Shown here: in pieces, positions 29,276 to 42,200 of the stretch
Numbering within the stretch: the first letter of the stretch is position 1
Layout: each line of letters begins with the position of its first letter
Origin: a virus
IMG/VR virus record: IMGVR_UViG_3300025840_000013
Strand: one strand, 5' to 3'
DNA: 64,000 bases
Program-made: the position numbers and the translations under genes
The notes under the pieces: model-generated
Told to the model about the DNA's origin: nothing
The model's database searches: none
The model's input: only the letters and a program-made list of their open reading frames with translations

Positions 29276-32200
29276 ATGTCTAAGTCTATCCAAAAAAATG
29301 AAATCATTCACATGGACGGATACTACAGAGATCCAAAGCGTGATGATTTTATTCCACTTATACAACAAGTAACAGAACAATTCTTAGAAAATGGATTTGA
29401 TGATGTCGGGCCACAAATCACAAAGATTTCGATCAGAGATTCAGAATTAACAAAATATATTGATGAATTTATCGTGTGGAATTATGATTCTGGCGCAACA
29501 TCGTCAACAGAAGGTGCATATGGAATTGACGATCCTACGTCACCAACTGCTGGTCAGACATTCACTCCATTTTATTTAGATGGGGAAGCTTCAGTAGCGA
29601 GAAGAAAAGAAATTGATGATGTTTATGACAATAAAGATTGGCACGATTTGTTATCAGAAAACTTTCCATCTTCAACAGCTGCCAGTACAGCAGGTCTCAC
29701 TACAGATAAAATATTGGGCCCAAATGCGGAATTATTTGCATATTTAAACCCACATCCAAATAGAAGGGGCGGCGGCGCAAATAGTTCTTGGGCAACTACA
29801 GTTACTATTGATGCCGATAGTGACCCAGCTGGTTCAACTACCGTAACCACCTATAATGCAGCTCAATTGTCTGTTGGTATGGAATTGAGATCAAATAATG
29901 GTGTTGCACTTTCGGCGCCATATCCAACAATTACTTCAATTAATATCAATGTTGTTACTCTTTCAGACCCCATTATTAGTGTGAGTGGACAGAATTTGGT
30001 ATTTGGTACTGGCGATCCAAGACCTGCAACTCTGTTGAATGGACATTTTTTTAAAGAAGCTCCATCTCCTGTAAAACTGGAACAGACAGATCAATCAGGA
30101 TATATCGGACTTCCAAATATTTCTAGGACAGTTTATCAAAACGAATACAATAAAATTAAAAGATGTCTGACAAATACAGCGAGAGATGTTAAATTTTTAC
30201 CAGACATTGAATCTGGAATTAATACACAGGCAAAACTTCGTCAATATAGAGAAGAGGTAACATCACAGGGTGATGTTTTTCACCATTTCTGGATTTCTAA
30301 CTATAGAGATGAATTTTTCTTTCCTGCAGGAACACTAGAACCAAGGAGATATCGTGGAGAATTGATTGTAGGATATCTTCACACATTTAATGGTAATAAT
30401 CTACAAAGAGGTGATAGTTATAAGTTTACTTTTGCGGTTACAAACCTTGCACCAAATTCGACTATCGAATATGAAATTGATGTACCTGTTGGTTTAGATA
30501 ACAGTATTGTTGGATATACGCAAGATATTTATGATGTATTAGTAAAAACTGCACTATGCGATCCAAAGGGTGGGCCTTTCCTTGCGTCAATTAATCAGGA
30601 CGATAGAGAAGGGGTAATTCAATTCGAATCTAGAGAAGTTGGTTTCTACCTTGCTGTATCTGTGGAAAGAACGGAACGCCCTCAGGCAACTCTAGTAAAC
30701 TCTTTAACTCAATTTACTGTTCCTATTACTACTGCAACATCTACTATTACAGATGGAACAACCACACTTGCAGCGGAACCTGTTTTCCCGAATGGATATT
30801 ACCATCAAGTACAACTAAGAGGATTTGATGGTTGTAATATTGGGGACACCACCGTAATTACAATTTCTGGATTGGTTGATGAAACAAAAGTCGCTGCAGG
30901 AGTATACGACACCGCAAATGCAACTTTAGATGATATTGTTCTTGAATTTAAGGCGTTGGAAAATTTAAACTCCGCACAAATGACATCCCAGATTGTAAGC
31001 AAATTGCGTCAAATCGGTTATATCAACACCTATATGACAGTTAAATCTTCTGGTTCTTCAATTATATTAGAATATAATAAAAATTCATCTGCATATTTTG
31101 CATTCGGCGGAAAAGGTAGATCTTCTGGGTTATCTTTAGCAGACTCTACTCATTTTGCCAACACAACAATTGGAGAAGTCACAGTGACTGACTATCCTGT
31201 TAATGGTGTCACTGTTGCAGATGCTACCGCACTACCAACTGCATTTACAGTTTCTGGTACATATACTCTTGCAACACTTTTAACTGCAACAGATACTGGT
31301 AGAACTTCTAGTGGTGATGCGGATGTTGATGGTGATCCAATGGAGTTTGAACTTTCACAAACACAATCTCCACAAATATCTGATGTATCAAAAGTTAGAA
31401 TGCAATTTCCACTTGCAAGAGACTTTGGTACTTTTGCAAATCCAATAAATGGAAATTGGAAGGTTCAGATTGGTGCTGATGCAAAGGATACTTCATATTT
31501 TGTTTCATATCAACAAAATATTTTGCATACAGATGGTTCTAGACCAGTCGGGCCACAAGTTTCCTTTGATTTAGATCAAAGAACTAGACACCCAAATAGT
31601 ACACACCCTGGCCTTTCTTTGTCTAAAACAAGTTTTAAAGAGTTCAACACATATACTCATGAAATAGAAATTGATAGTTTTGAGTACATCACAGATCACT
31701 CAATGGGCCCAATTGTTTTACAGACAAAAGGTGCAAATTCTTTATCTGGAAATAATGGAGACCAACCATGGAGAATTCGTTTTGATATTTCTAGAGGATA
31801 TGAAGTTAGAGAAACTTCTCCATATATCAATGATGCAGTTCTTCAAGTAAGAGGAGATGTTGATGCTTCAAATAGTTTTGAATATTTTAAATGTCATGTC
31901 GCAACTGAATTCCAGTTGAAATCAGACGGTGATGTTTCTCAGATTGAAGGAAGAGATGGTACTAAAGAAGCAAAAATGAGAGAACCAGGCTTCTTGGGTG
32001 CATTGCGTCCTCAGTTTACTGGATATCTAGAGAGTGCATCCCACTTAATTAGTCCTTTTGTGAATAGAGAACAATTAAGAAATTCTGTTGTAACTGATTT
32101 TAATCCAACTGCTGGTTTGGTAGGTAGAAAACATTTTGATATTACAGGTACAATAATTACGGGGTTATATACGCCCTTTGTAGACCCTGCTGGGTATACT

Positions 32201-33169
32201 ATCACAAAAAATAACGGACAAGTTGTCACAGAAGGAATATTAAATGATAATGAATACAGATATGAGGAAAGATTTTTGGTAGGTTCTTCTACAGAACTGA
32301 CATATGATACTCCATATAACTCTGGTTCTCTAAGACTTCAAAAAGGATGGTTTAGAAGAACTGGAAAATCACATCCAGATGTTGCTGTATCTTATCCAAT
32401 GTCATTTACTGCAACATTTGCAGATCACGGTATTTCGATGATGGTTAGAGACCAAGCATCATCAGATCAAGCAGACGATCACGCATGGTTTGTTGTTCAA
32501 AGACACGTTGATTCTATTACTGGTGAGGCTGACTATTCATCAGAACATCAACCGATCCATTGTGTTTATGCAACTTCCGAACCACCAACATTGTTCTCTG
32601 ATTTAGTTCCATACTTTACTTCTAAAACAACAAAGAGAGAAGAGTCTATTGCATATACTGGTTTGTACGATGTCGCTGGTAATTACTTGTTTAATTTCAC
32701 AATCGATGAAATGCAAAACCAAGAGTTGCTTGCACTGGATATGGACACCCAATCAAGATTTAGACGCTTTGTTGTTCGTGAAAAGGATGTTTTGAAACCA
32801 TGGGATAGACATGTTTTTGCTGGTATTAATGAAACAGATTCTCATGCCGTCCTTAATCCATTAGAACAATTGTCTCTTAATGATAAAGGACAGTTAGTCA
32901 TTCAATTCCCTAACAGACTTGGATCTCAACGATTCTTGTACACAGGTAAAGAACTTGATTTGATTTCTTTCTGTGCTGCTGGTGCGGTGGGTCAAGATAC
33001 TCTTATCTCTAGTGATAGATTTAGTACTGCTGGAACGACAGATAAGAAGAGACTGTATAGAGGATTAATGTCATCCGAAGCTTACGGCAATGGTATGAGA
33101 TTATTAATGCTAGTTGCTGGAAATGGTATCGAAAATACCGATGCAGATACAACTCTACTTACCTCTTAA
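29276..33169 (+). CDS. Putative virion structural protein, paralog 4 (1297 aa)
   Basis: SIQKNEII, QPWRIRF, GRDGTK...REPG, YPMSF, DQADDHAWFVVQRH, RFVVREKDVLKPWD, NPLEQL, GNGMR. Confidence 0.65.
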   Translation: MSKSIQKNEIIHMDGYYRDPKRDDFIPLIQQVTEQFLENGFDDVGPQITKISIRDSELTKYIDEFIVWNYDSGATSSTEGAYGIDDPTSPTAGQTFTPFYLDGEASVARRKEIDDVYDNKDWHDLLSENFPSSTAASTAGLTTDKILGPNAELFAYLNPHPNRRGGGANSSWATTVTIDADSDPAGSTTVTTYNAAQLSVGMELRSNNGVALSAPYPTITSININVVTLSDPIISVSGQNLVFGTGDPRPATLLNGHFFKEAPSPVKLEQTDQSGYIGLPNISRTVYQNEYNKIKRCLTNTARDVKFLPDIESGINTQAKLRQYREEVTSQGDVFHHFWISNYRDEFFFPAGTLEPRRYRGELIVGYLHTFNGNNLQRGDSYKFTFAVTNLAPNSTIEYEIDVPVGLDNSIVGYTQDIYDVLVKTALCDPKGGPFLASINQDDREGVIQFESREVGFYLAVSVERTERPQATLVNSLTQFTVPITTATSTITDGTTTLAAEPVFPNGYYHQVQLRGFDGCNIGDTTVITISGLVDETKVAAGVYDTANATLDDIVLEFKALENLNSAQMTSQIVSKLRQIGYINTYMTVKSSGSSIILEYNKNSSAYFAFGGKGRSSGLSLADSTHFANTTIGEVTVTDYPVNGVTVADATALPTAFTVSGTYTLATLLTATDTGRTSSGDADVDGDPMEFELSQTQSPQISDVSKVRMQFPLARDFGTFANPINGNWKVQIGADAKDTSYFVSYQQNILHTDGSRPVGPQVSFDLDQRTRHPNSTHPGLSLSKTSFKEFNTYTHEIEIDSFEYITDHSMGPIVLQTKGANSLSGNNGDQPWRIRFDISRGYEVRETSPYINDAVLQVRGDVDASNSFEYFKCHVATEFQLKSDGDVSQIEGRDGTKEAKMREPGFLGALRPQFTGYLESASHLISPFVNREQLRNSVVTDFNPTAGLVGRKHFDITGTIITGLYTPFVDPAGYTITKNNGQVVTEGILNDNEYRYEERFLVGSSTELTYDTPYNSGSLRLQKGWFRRTGKSHPDVAVSYPMSFTATFADHGISMMVRDQASSDQADDHAWFVVQRHVDSITGEADYSSEHQPIHCVYATSEPPTLFSDLVPYFTSKTTKREESIAYTGLYDVAGNYLFNFTIDEMQNQELLALDMDTQSRFRRFVVREKDVLKPWDRHVFAGINETDSHAVLNPLEQLSLNDKGQLVIQFPNRLGSQRFLYTGKELDLISFCAAGAVGQDTLISSDRFSTAGTTDKKRLYRGLMSSEAYGNGMRLLMLVAGNGIENTDADTTLLTS

Positions 33170-33185
33170 TTGAAAGTTTAAGGTT

Positions 33186-33217
33186 TCGGTCATACTGAGT
33201 ATGGCCGATCCTAAATA
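33186..33217 (+). promoter_or_regulatory. Intergenic hairpin followed by late-promoter variant CCTAAATA
   Basis: TCGGTCATAC-TGA-GTATGGCCGA stem (one G-U pair, no U tract), then CTAAATA and a GAGG SD before 33237. Confidence 0.45.
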
Positions 33218-33236
33218 GTAAGAAAAGAGGAATTTA

Positions 33237-36200
33237 ATGACTAACGCTATCCCAATAAGAGTAGTCGTAGATGGTTCTGGTGATACAACAGGTTTAAGTG
33301 AATTTCGAACAAATGAAACGGTAGGTCTGGATCACGGTGGAACTGGTGCAACTAATGCGGCAGATGCTAGAACAAACCTTGGACTTGCAGATATTGCCGC
33401 ATCAGGAAGTTGGGCAGATTTATTAAACAAACCAAATACTGACGATATTCCAGAGGGCACAACCAATCTATATTTCACTGATGAAAGAGTGGATGATAGA
33501 GTTGCGGCTCTTATTGTCGATGGCGTTGGTATTCAGAAAAATTATGATGATGCTGGAAATCTTCTAAACATCGAAATAAACTTCAGTGAATTTGATACTG
33601 ATGATATCATTGAAGGTTCAGTTAACACATTCCTTGCAAATAGATCAACTTCTGATATTCCAGAAGGAATAAATCTTTATTTTACAGACGAAAGAGTAGA
33701 CGATAGAGTTGCTGCTCTTTTTGTTGATGGAAAAGGAATTCAAAAGGCATATGACGATGCCGGAAATCTTCTAAACATTGCAATTGACTTTTCAGAATTT
33801 GATACTGATGATATTGTCGAAGGCACTGTTAATACTTTCTTATCAAATAGAACAACAGATGATATAAACGAAGGAACTGCAAATCTTTACTATACAGATG
33901 AAAGAGTAGATGATCGAGTTGCAAATCTTTTTGTTGATGGTAAAGGATTAACTAAAAATTATGATGATGCTGGTAATCTTTTAAATGTAGAAATTGATTT
34001 TAGTGAATTCGACTCTGATGATATTGTCGAAGGCGCAGTCAATACATTCCTTGCAAATAGAACAACTGATAATATTCCAGAAGGTTCAACAAATCTTTAT
34101 TTTACAGAAACTAGATCAAGAAATTCCATTAGTGCAACTGGAAGTATTAATTACGATCCAGCTACAGGTGTAATAAGTTATACCCAAGGCGATACTGATA
34201 CAATCGTAGAAGGTGCCACAAATCTCTACTATACAGATGAGAGAGTCGATGACAGAGTTGCAAATTTAATTTTAGATGGGCAGGGAATTACAAAAAGTTA
34301 TGATGATGCTGGGAATCTTCTAAACATTGCGATAGATTTTACTGAATTTGATTCTGATGATATCATTGAAGGTGCTGTAAATACTTTCTTGGCCTCTAGA
34401 ACCACTGACAATATTCCAGAGGGTTCAACAAATCTTTATTACACAGAAGCAAGATTTGATGCAAGACTGGCAACAAAATCTACAACTGATCTTGCGGAAG
34501 GTACAAACTTATATTTCACAGAAGAAAGAGTAGATGATAGAGTTGCCGCATTAATTCAAGCAGGAGAAGATATTTCTGTTGTATATGATGATGTTGCAAA
34601 TACTCTAACGATTGCACTAGCATCTAGTATCGATGGAATTAATCTATCAAACAACACCACAGATGATCTTTCTGAAGGTTCTACAAATCTTTACTATACA
34701 GATTCAAGAGTAAATATTGCATTTGATACTAGACTTGCAACAAAATCCACTACAGACCTTTCTGAAGGAACAAACCTTTACTACACGGATGCTAGAGTCG
34801 ATTCAAACTTTGCAGCGAAAACAACAACCGATTTAACCGAAGGTACAAATCTTTACTATACAGAAGCAAGATTTGATACAAGACTGGCAACAAAATCTAC
34901 AACCGATTTAACCGAAGGTACAAATCTTTACTATACGGATACTAGAGTTGCAACATATCTTAATAATAATGGTTACACTACCACATCTGCTGTTGCAGCA
35001 CAGATCGCATCCGTTTCATCCGATTTAGATGATGAGATTTACGATAGAGAACAGGCGGATTTAAATCTACAAAGTCAGATCGACAATTTAGTACTTAATG
35101 ACTTGACAGATGTGAATGCAAGTTCTCCCACTTCTGGTGATGCACTTGTATGGAATGGAACATCTTGGGTTCCACAAGCTCCGTTTAGTCAGACAGATTT
35201 TGACTCTGCATTTGCAGCGAAAACAACAACAGATTTAACCGAAGGTACAAATCTTTACTATACTGATACAAGAGTTCGTTCTCATGTCGAAGGACAAGAT
35301 TTAGACCTTGGTTCAAATAAAATTCTCTTTTCTAATGTTTACTCTGCATTAGGAGACTTACCAAATGCATCTTCTTACCATGGTATGTTTGCACATGTAC
35401 ACGGAACTGGCAAAGCGTACTATGCCCATAATGGACAGTGGGTTGAATTAGCTAATGATGGGGATCTTCCAACAAGTACAGATGACCTTCCAGAAGGTTC
35501 TACAAATCTGTATTATACAGATACTAGAGTAAGAAGTGCAATCAGTGCAACAACAGGTGTCGCTGGATATGTATCTTCTACTGGTGTTTTCTCAATACCA
35601 TCCTCAACAGATCATATATCTGAAGGTACAAATTTATACTATACAGATGCCAGATTTGATGCAAGACTTGCTACAAAATCCACAACTAATCTTTCCGAAG
35701 GAACAAATCTTTACTATACAGAAGCAAGATTTGATGCAAGACTTGCTACAAAATCTACAACCGATTTAACCGAAGGTACAAATCTTTACTATACTGATGC
35801 TAGAGTTGATGCAAATATTGCATCAAAAACAACTGATGACGTTGCGGAAGGCTCTACAAATCTTTACTATACCGATTCAAGAGTTGCAACTTATATAAGT
35901 GGTAATAGAACATATGGAAACATCACAACCACTGGTTATATTGCAGGCCCATCAACATTAACTATTGACCCTGCAGGGGTAGGAGACAATACAGGAAAGG
36001 TTGTAATTGCTGGTGACCTACAGGTCGATGGCACCACAACAACCATCAACTCCACTACAGTAGAAGTTGGCGATTTAAATATTGTGTTGGGAAGTGGAGC
36101 AACAAATGCAGCTGCTGCCAATGGTGGTGGAATTACGATTGATTTAGGAACAGATGGTTCTGCATCCTTTACTTATAACTCTACTACTGATGAATTTTTA

Positions 36201-39200
36201 TCAAACAAAGATATTAATGCAAATATAACTGGACAAGTTTCAGATATCAGTAATCACACTACTACCGACCTTGCGGAAGGAACTAATCTTTATTATACTC
36301 AATCAAGATTCGATACTGCGTTTGGTGTTAAGTCAACGACTGATTTAACTGAGGGTACAAATCTTTATTATACTCAATCAAGATTCGATACTGCGTTTGG
36401 TGTTAAGTCAACGACTGATTTAACTGAGGGTACAAATCTTTACTACACAGATGCCAGAGTTGACTCAAATTTTGCAACCAAGACTACAACAGATTTAACT
36501 GAAGGTACAAATCTCTATTATACTCAAGCAAGATTTGATACTGCGTTTGCAACAAAAGATACAGATGATTTAACCGAAGGTTCTACAAATCTGTACTATA
36601 CGGATGCTAGAGTAAATACTTGGGCGACTGCAAACCTTGCAAATGTTGCCTTCTCTGGTTCATATGCGGATTTATCAAATACCCCTACAGATTTATCTGA
36701 TTTCACTGATACGACTGGACTTTTAGATGTCGCAGCAATTACTGTAGGTGATGCTGCTCCATCAAATCCAAATGATGGTGATTTGTGGTTTGATTCTACA
36801 GAATTAAAAACATTCATTTATTATAACGATGGAACTTCCTCACAGTGGGTTGAGGCGGCAGGAGATGGTGGTGCATCTGTACAATCTTCTAGTACTGCTC
36901 CTAGCAGTCCTTCAGACGGCGACCTTTGGTTTAACGATAATAACCTTAAACTGTACATATATTACAATGACGGTTCCTCAGCACAATGGGTCGAGGCGTC
37001 AGGGGGTATTGCACAGGATACGGATGCAATCCCAGAAGGTAATAATAACCTTTACTACACTGATACAAGATTTGATACAAGATTCGCAACAAAAGACACA
37101 GACGATTTAATAGAAGGTTCTACAAATCTTTATTACACAGATGCTAGAGTTGATGCAAGAATTACTGCTTCTGCATTGGGTTCTACTGATGATTTGCCAG
37201 AAGGTTCTACAAATCTTTACTACACAGATGCAAGAGTTCAATCGGTTAGTATAAATGAAGTTGTAGAAGATACAACTCCCACATTAGGCGGCAACTTAAA
37301 TTCTGGTGGATTTAATATTACTAATATTAGTGCAGATGGTTATAGTCTGCCAGTTGCAGATGGTACAAATCGCCAAGTTATTATGACAGATGGTAGCGGT
37401 ACGTTATCGTTTGAAAATTTAGACACAATTCATACTGAAGTAACAAACCAAACTGGGTCAACTATTCTTAAAGGCACACCTGTTTATCAAACAGGAACAA
37501 GTGGCAATGCAATGACAATTGCACCAGCTGATGCAAGTAGTTCAGCTACAATGCCAGCGGTTGGTGTTTTAGAACAAGATTTAGCATCAGGTGCTACAGG
37601 ATTCGTCATTCATATGGGTCGAATCTCTGGAGTTGACACAAGTGCATTTAATGAAGGCGACATAATTTATGTTGCAGTCGGTGGTGGTTACACAAATACC
37701 CCTCCAGTTGGTGAAAGTAATCTATTACAAAACTTAGGCCGTGTCACAAAAGTTCATGCATCCAACGGCGGCGGCGTTATTATGGGTGCAGGACGTACAA
37801 ATGCTGTACCTAACTTAAACAGTGGAAACATTTTCATCGGTAATGCAAGTAACCAAGCAACTACTGCATCATTAAATACCTCTGTACAAAATTATCTATC
37901 GAATCTTTCTGGTAGTATCGTTCCAGATACAAATGTTACTTATGATTTGGGTAGCAATACAAATAGGTTCAAAGACATTTATTTGAGTGGAAGTTCTATC
38001 TATCTTGGAACTTTACAATTATCTGACAATAATGGGGCCCTTGAGGTAACTGCAAGTGGTAGTACAGAAGCATTTGCAACAGAAACTTATGTTGACACTG
38101 CAGTTGCAAACTTAGTAGATTCTTCCCCAACTACATTAGATACACTAAACGAACTTGCAGCTGCCTTGGGAGATGATCCAAACTTTAGTACTACAATTAC
38201 TAATTTGATTGGAACAAAACTTGCAACAGCAGATTTTAATACAACTGCTGATAGTTGGTTAACTGGTAAGACAACCACCGATTTAACTGAGGGAACAAAC
38301 CTTTATTATACAGATGTAAGAGTTGATGCAAGAATTGCACTTCAAACAGGTGCAAATCTTTCACTTGCAAATAAAACTACGGATGATTTGTCTGAAGGTT
38401 CTGCAAACCTTTATTATACAGATGCCAGAGTTGAAACATATCTGGAATCGAATGCAACTGCAGACAGAATACAGTTAAGAACAAATAATTCGTATTTCGG
38501 TGTTGGAACTGCTGCTGGTTCTGCTGGCATGGCAATTAAAAATAATAGTGGTCAACCATTCTTCTATGGACAAAAATATCTACCGGCAAATAATGGACAG
38601 ACTGACCTAGAACTAGAAGCGAATGCTGGTGGTAAAATCAATGTAAATGCATTTAGAATTTATAATGTTGGAACGCCAACTGACCCATCTGATGCGGCCA
38701 CAAAATCTTATGTCGATTCTGCAATTGCAACAAAAGATCAATTATCAGAATTGTCTGGAACTACCGATGACATTTCCGAAGGTTCTACAAATCTCTACTA
38801 CACAGATGCAAGAGTAGATGCTAGAATTACTGCATCTAATCCATATGATTCTTCTGATTTTGATGCTAACTTTTCTGGCAAGTCTACAACCGATTTAACC
38901 GAAGGTACAAATCTTTACTATACAGATGCTAGAGTTGACGCAAGAATTACTGCATCTAATCCATATGATTCTTCTGATTTTGATGCTAACTTTTCTGGCA
39001 AGTCTACAACCGATTTAACCGAAGGTACAAATCTTTACTATACAGATGCTAGGGCGGATGCGAGAGTTGCTAATGCAAATATTGGAGTATTGAATGATGT
39101 AAATACAACTGGAATTGCGACTGGAGATTTCCTTCTGTATGATGGTAATGAATTTCTACCAGTCGATTTTGCAACTGAAGTAAACACATATGCCGATACT

Positions 39201-42200
39201 CGTATTAATACTGCAAGTATTCAAGACTTATCGGATGTAGATGCAGTTGATACACCAGCAAGTGGAGATGTTTTATTATATGATGCTGGAAATAGTAATT
39301 TTGGATTTATTAATCTTGGTAATGAAATTAATTCATATTTTGACACACGGTTTGCAACAAAAGACACAGACGATTTAACGGAAGGTACTACCAATCTTTA
39401 CTATACTGATGCAAGAGTTGCCTCTTATTTGTCTGGTACAGGATATGCTACAACTTCATATGTTGCAGCACAAATTGCAAGTATTTCTTCAGATTTAGAT
39501 GATGAAGTATATGACAGAGAACAGGCAGATTTAAATTTACAAAGTCAAATAGATTCACTGACAACAAATATTGGTACTTTAGTTCTTGACGATCTTAGTG
39601 ATGTAGATACGACTACAACTGCACCAACTAATGGACAAACTCTCATATTCAATGGTACAACTTTTGTGCCAGGCACTATTTCGGGTTATACAAGTACAGA
39701 TTTTGATACGGACTTTGGAACGAAATCCACAACTGACCTTTCTGAAGGTACAAATCTTTACTATACTGATGCTAGAGTTAGAACTCACATCCAAGGCGCC
39801 GACCTTGATATGGGTTCGAATAAGATCTTATTTTCTAATGTTTATGCAAATACTGGTGATTTGCCAAGTGCTTCATCTTACCATGGTATGTTTGCACATG
39901 TACACGGTACAGGAAAGGCATATTATGCCCATAATGGACAGTGGGTAGAACTTGCAAATGTATCTGAACTACCAACTAATACTGATGATGTTTCAGAAGG
40001 TTCTACAAATCTTTATTATACAGATGCCAGATTTGATGCAAGACTTGCTACAAAATCTACAACTGATGTTGTAGAAGGAACAAATCTTTACTATACAGAT
40101 GCAAGAGTTGATGCTAGAATTACTGCATCTAATCCATATGATTCTTCTGACTTTGATACGGACTTTGGAACGAAATCCACAACTGACCTTTCTGAAGGTA
40201 CAAATCTTTACTATACAGACGCAAGAGTTCAATCATATTTAACCGCACAAGGAATTGCGGCAGAAACACTGACTTCACTTGGAATTGCAGGAAATGTTCT
40301 GACATATACAGATGAAGATGGTAATACAACAAATATTGATTTATCTCTCTACTTGGATGATACAAATCTTGCAAGATTAGTAAGTGGTACATTAAATGGA
40401 ACTACTGGTATTGCAACATTCACTAGAGATGATGCAACAACATTTACTATTGATTTTAGTCCTCTATTTGATGATACAAATCTTTCAAGAATTAATAGTG
40501 CAACATTTACAAATGGAACATTAACTCTTACTAGAGATGATGCATCCACCGCTGCAACTATAAGTCTGGATGGAAGATATCTTCAAGATCTATCTGGTCT
40601 AACTACAGATAATCTTTCGGAAGGTTCTACAAATCTTTATTATACTCAGACAAGATTTAATTCTGCATTTGCTGGCAAAACAACTACAGATTTAACTGAA
40701 GGTACAAATCTATATTACACGGATACTAGATTTGATACAAGACTTGCTACAAAATCTACAACTGATTTAACTGAAGGTACAAATCTATATTACACTGATG
40801 CAAGAGTTGATGCAAGAATCGCAGCTGCGAATATTGTTTCTGGTTCTTCTATTGATGACCTTTCTGATGTAGATACTTCAACCACAACACCAACGGATGG
40901 GCAGGCACTCGTTTGGGATAATACAAATAGTAAGTGGGTGCCTGGCGCATCCGCTGGTTCTTCTATTGATGTTTCTGACATTGCACCCTCAAGTCCATCA
41001 GATGGAGACTTGTGGTTTGATTCTTCAGAATTAAAAACTTACATTTATTATAACGATGGAACTTCTTCTCAGTGGGTAGAAGCTGCAGGAAATGTTGCAT
41101 CTAATGTACATCTTTCAGATGCAGCTCCAAGTTCTCCATCTGAGGGCGACTTGTGGTTTAATAGTAGCAATCTTAGACTTTATGTTTACTATAATGATGG
41201 AAATTCTTCCCAGTGGATTGAAGCTTCTGGTTCTGTAAATTCTACAGGACAAACTTCTCTTGATGACTTAACGGATGTAGATATAACCACAACTGCACCT
41301 ACAAATGGTCAAACTCTTATATTTAATGGTACAAATTTTGTGCCCGGCACTATTTCTGGTTATGCAACATCAGACTTCAACACAGATTTTGCAACTAAAG
41401 ATACAGATGATTTGACTGAAGGTTCAGTAAATCTTTATTATACAGACACCAGAGTTCAAACAAAACTTGGTAATGTTTCTGGACATATTATTCCCGACAC
41501 AGATGTAACATATGACTTGGGTAGTTCAACTCACAAATTTAGAGATTTGTATCTAAGTGGAAATAGTATTACTCTTGGTGGTATTGTTCTCACTGAACAT
41601 TCTGGTGCTCTTCAAGTACATACAACTGGTGGCGGGTCTGCACAACCATTTGCAACTGTTTCATATGTAGATACTGAACTTGCAAACTTGGTGAGTTCTG
41701 CACCAACAACATTAGATACTCTTAATGAACTTGCTGCGGCTCTTGGTGATGATCCAAACTTTGCAACTACAATTACCAACTTGATTGGAACTAAACTTGC
41801 AATTACTGATTTTAATACAACTGCCGATTCTTGGTTAACGACAAAATCTACAACTGACCTTTCTGAAGGAACAAATCTTTACTATACAGACGCAAGAGTT
41901 CGTTCACATGTTGAAGGACAAGATTTAGATTTAGGAACTAATAAGGTTCTGTTCTCTAATATGTATGCAACTATTGGAGATTTACCTTCAGCTGCATCTT
42001 ACCATGGAATGTTTGCACATGTCCATGCAACTGGTAAGGCATATTATGCCCATGGTGGTTCATGGATTGAGCTTGCAAATGTATCAGAAGTATTTGATGG
42101 AACTTGGGCATCTCTCACTGGAACCCCAACAACAATCGCTGGTTATGGTATTACAGATGCATTTGACGGAGACTATAATAGTTTAACAAATAAACCATCC

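Noticed and set aside
33186-33208. Intrinsic terminator call for the hairpin before the long fibre gene
   Set aside because: No U tract follows the stem; kept only as a possible regulatory or stability hairpin.
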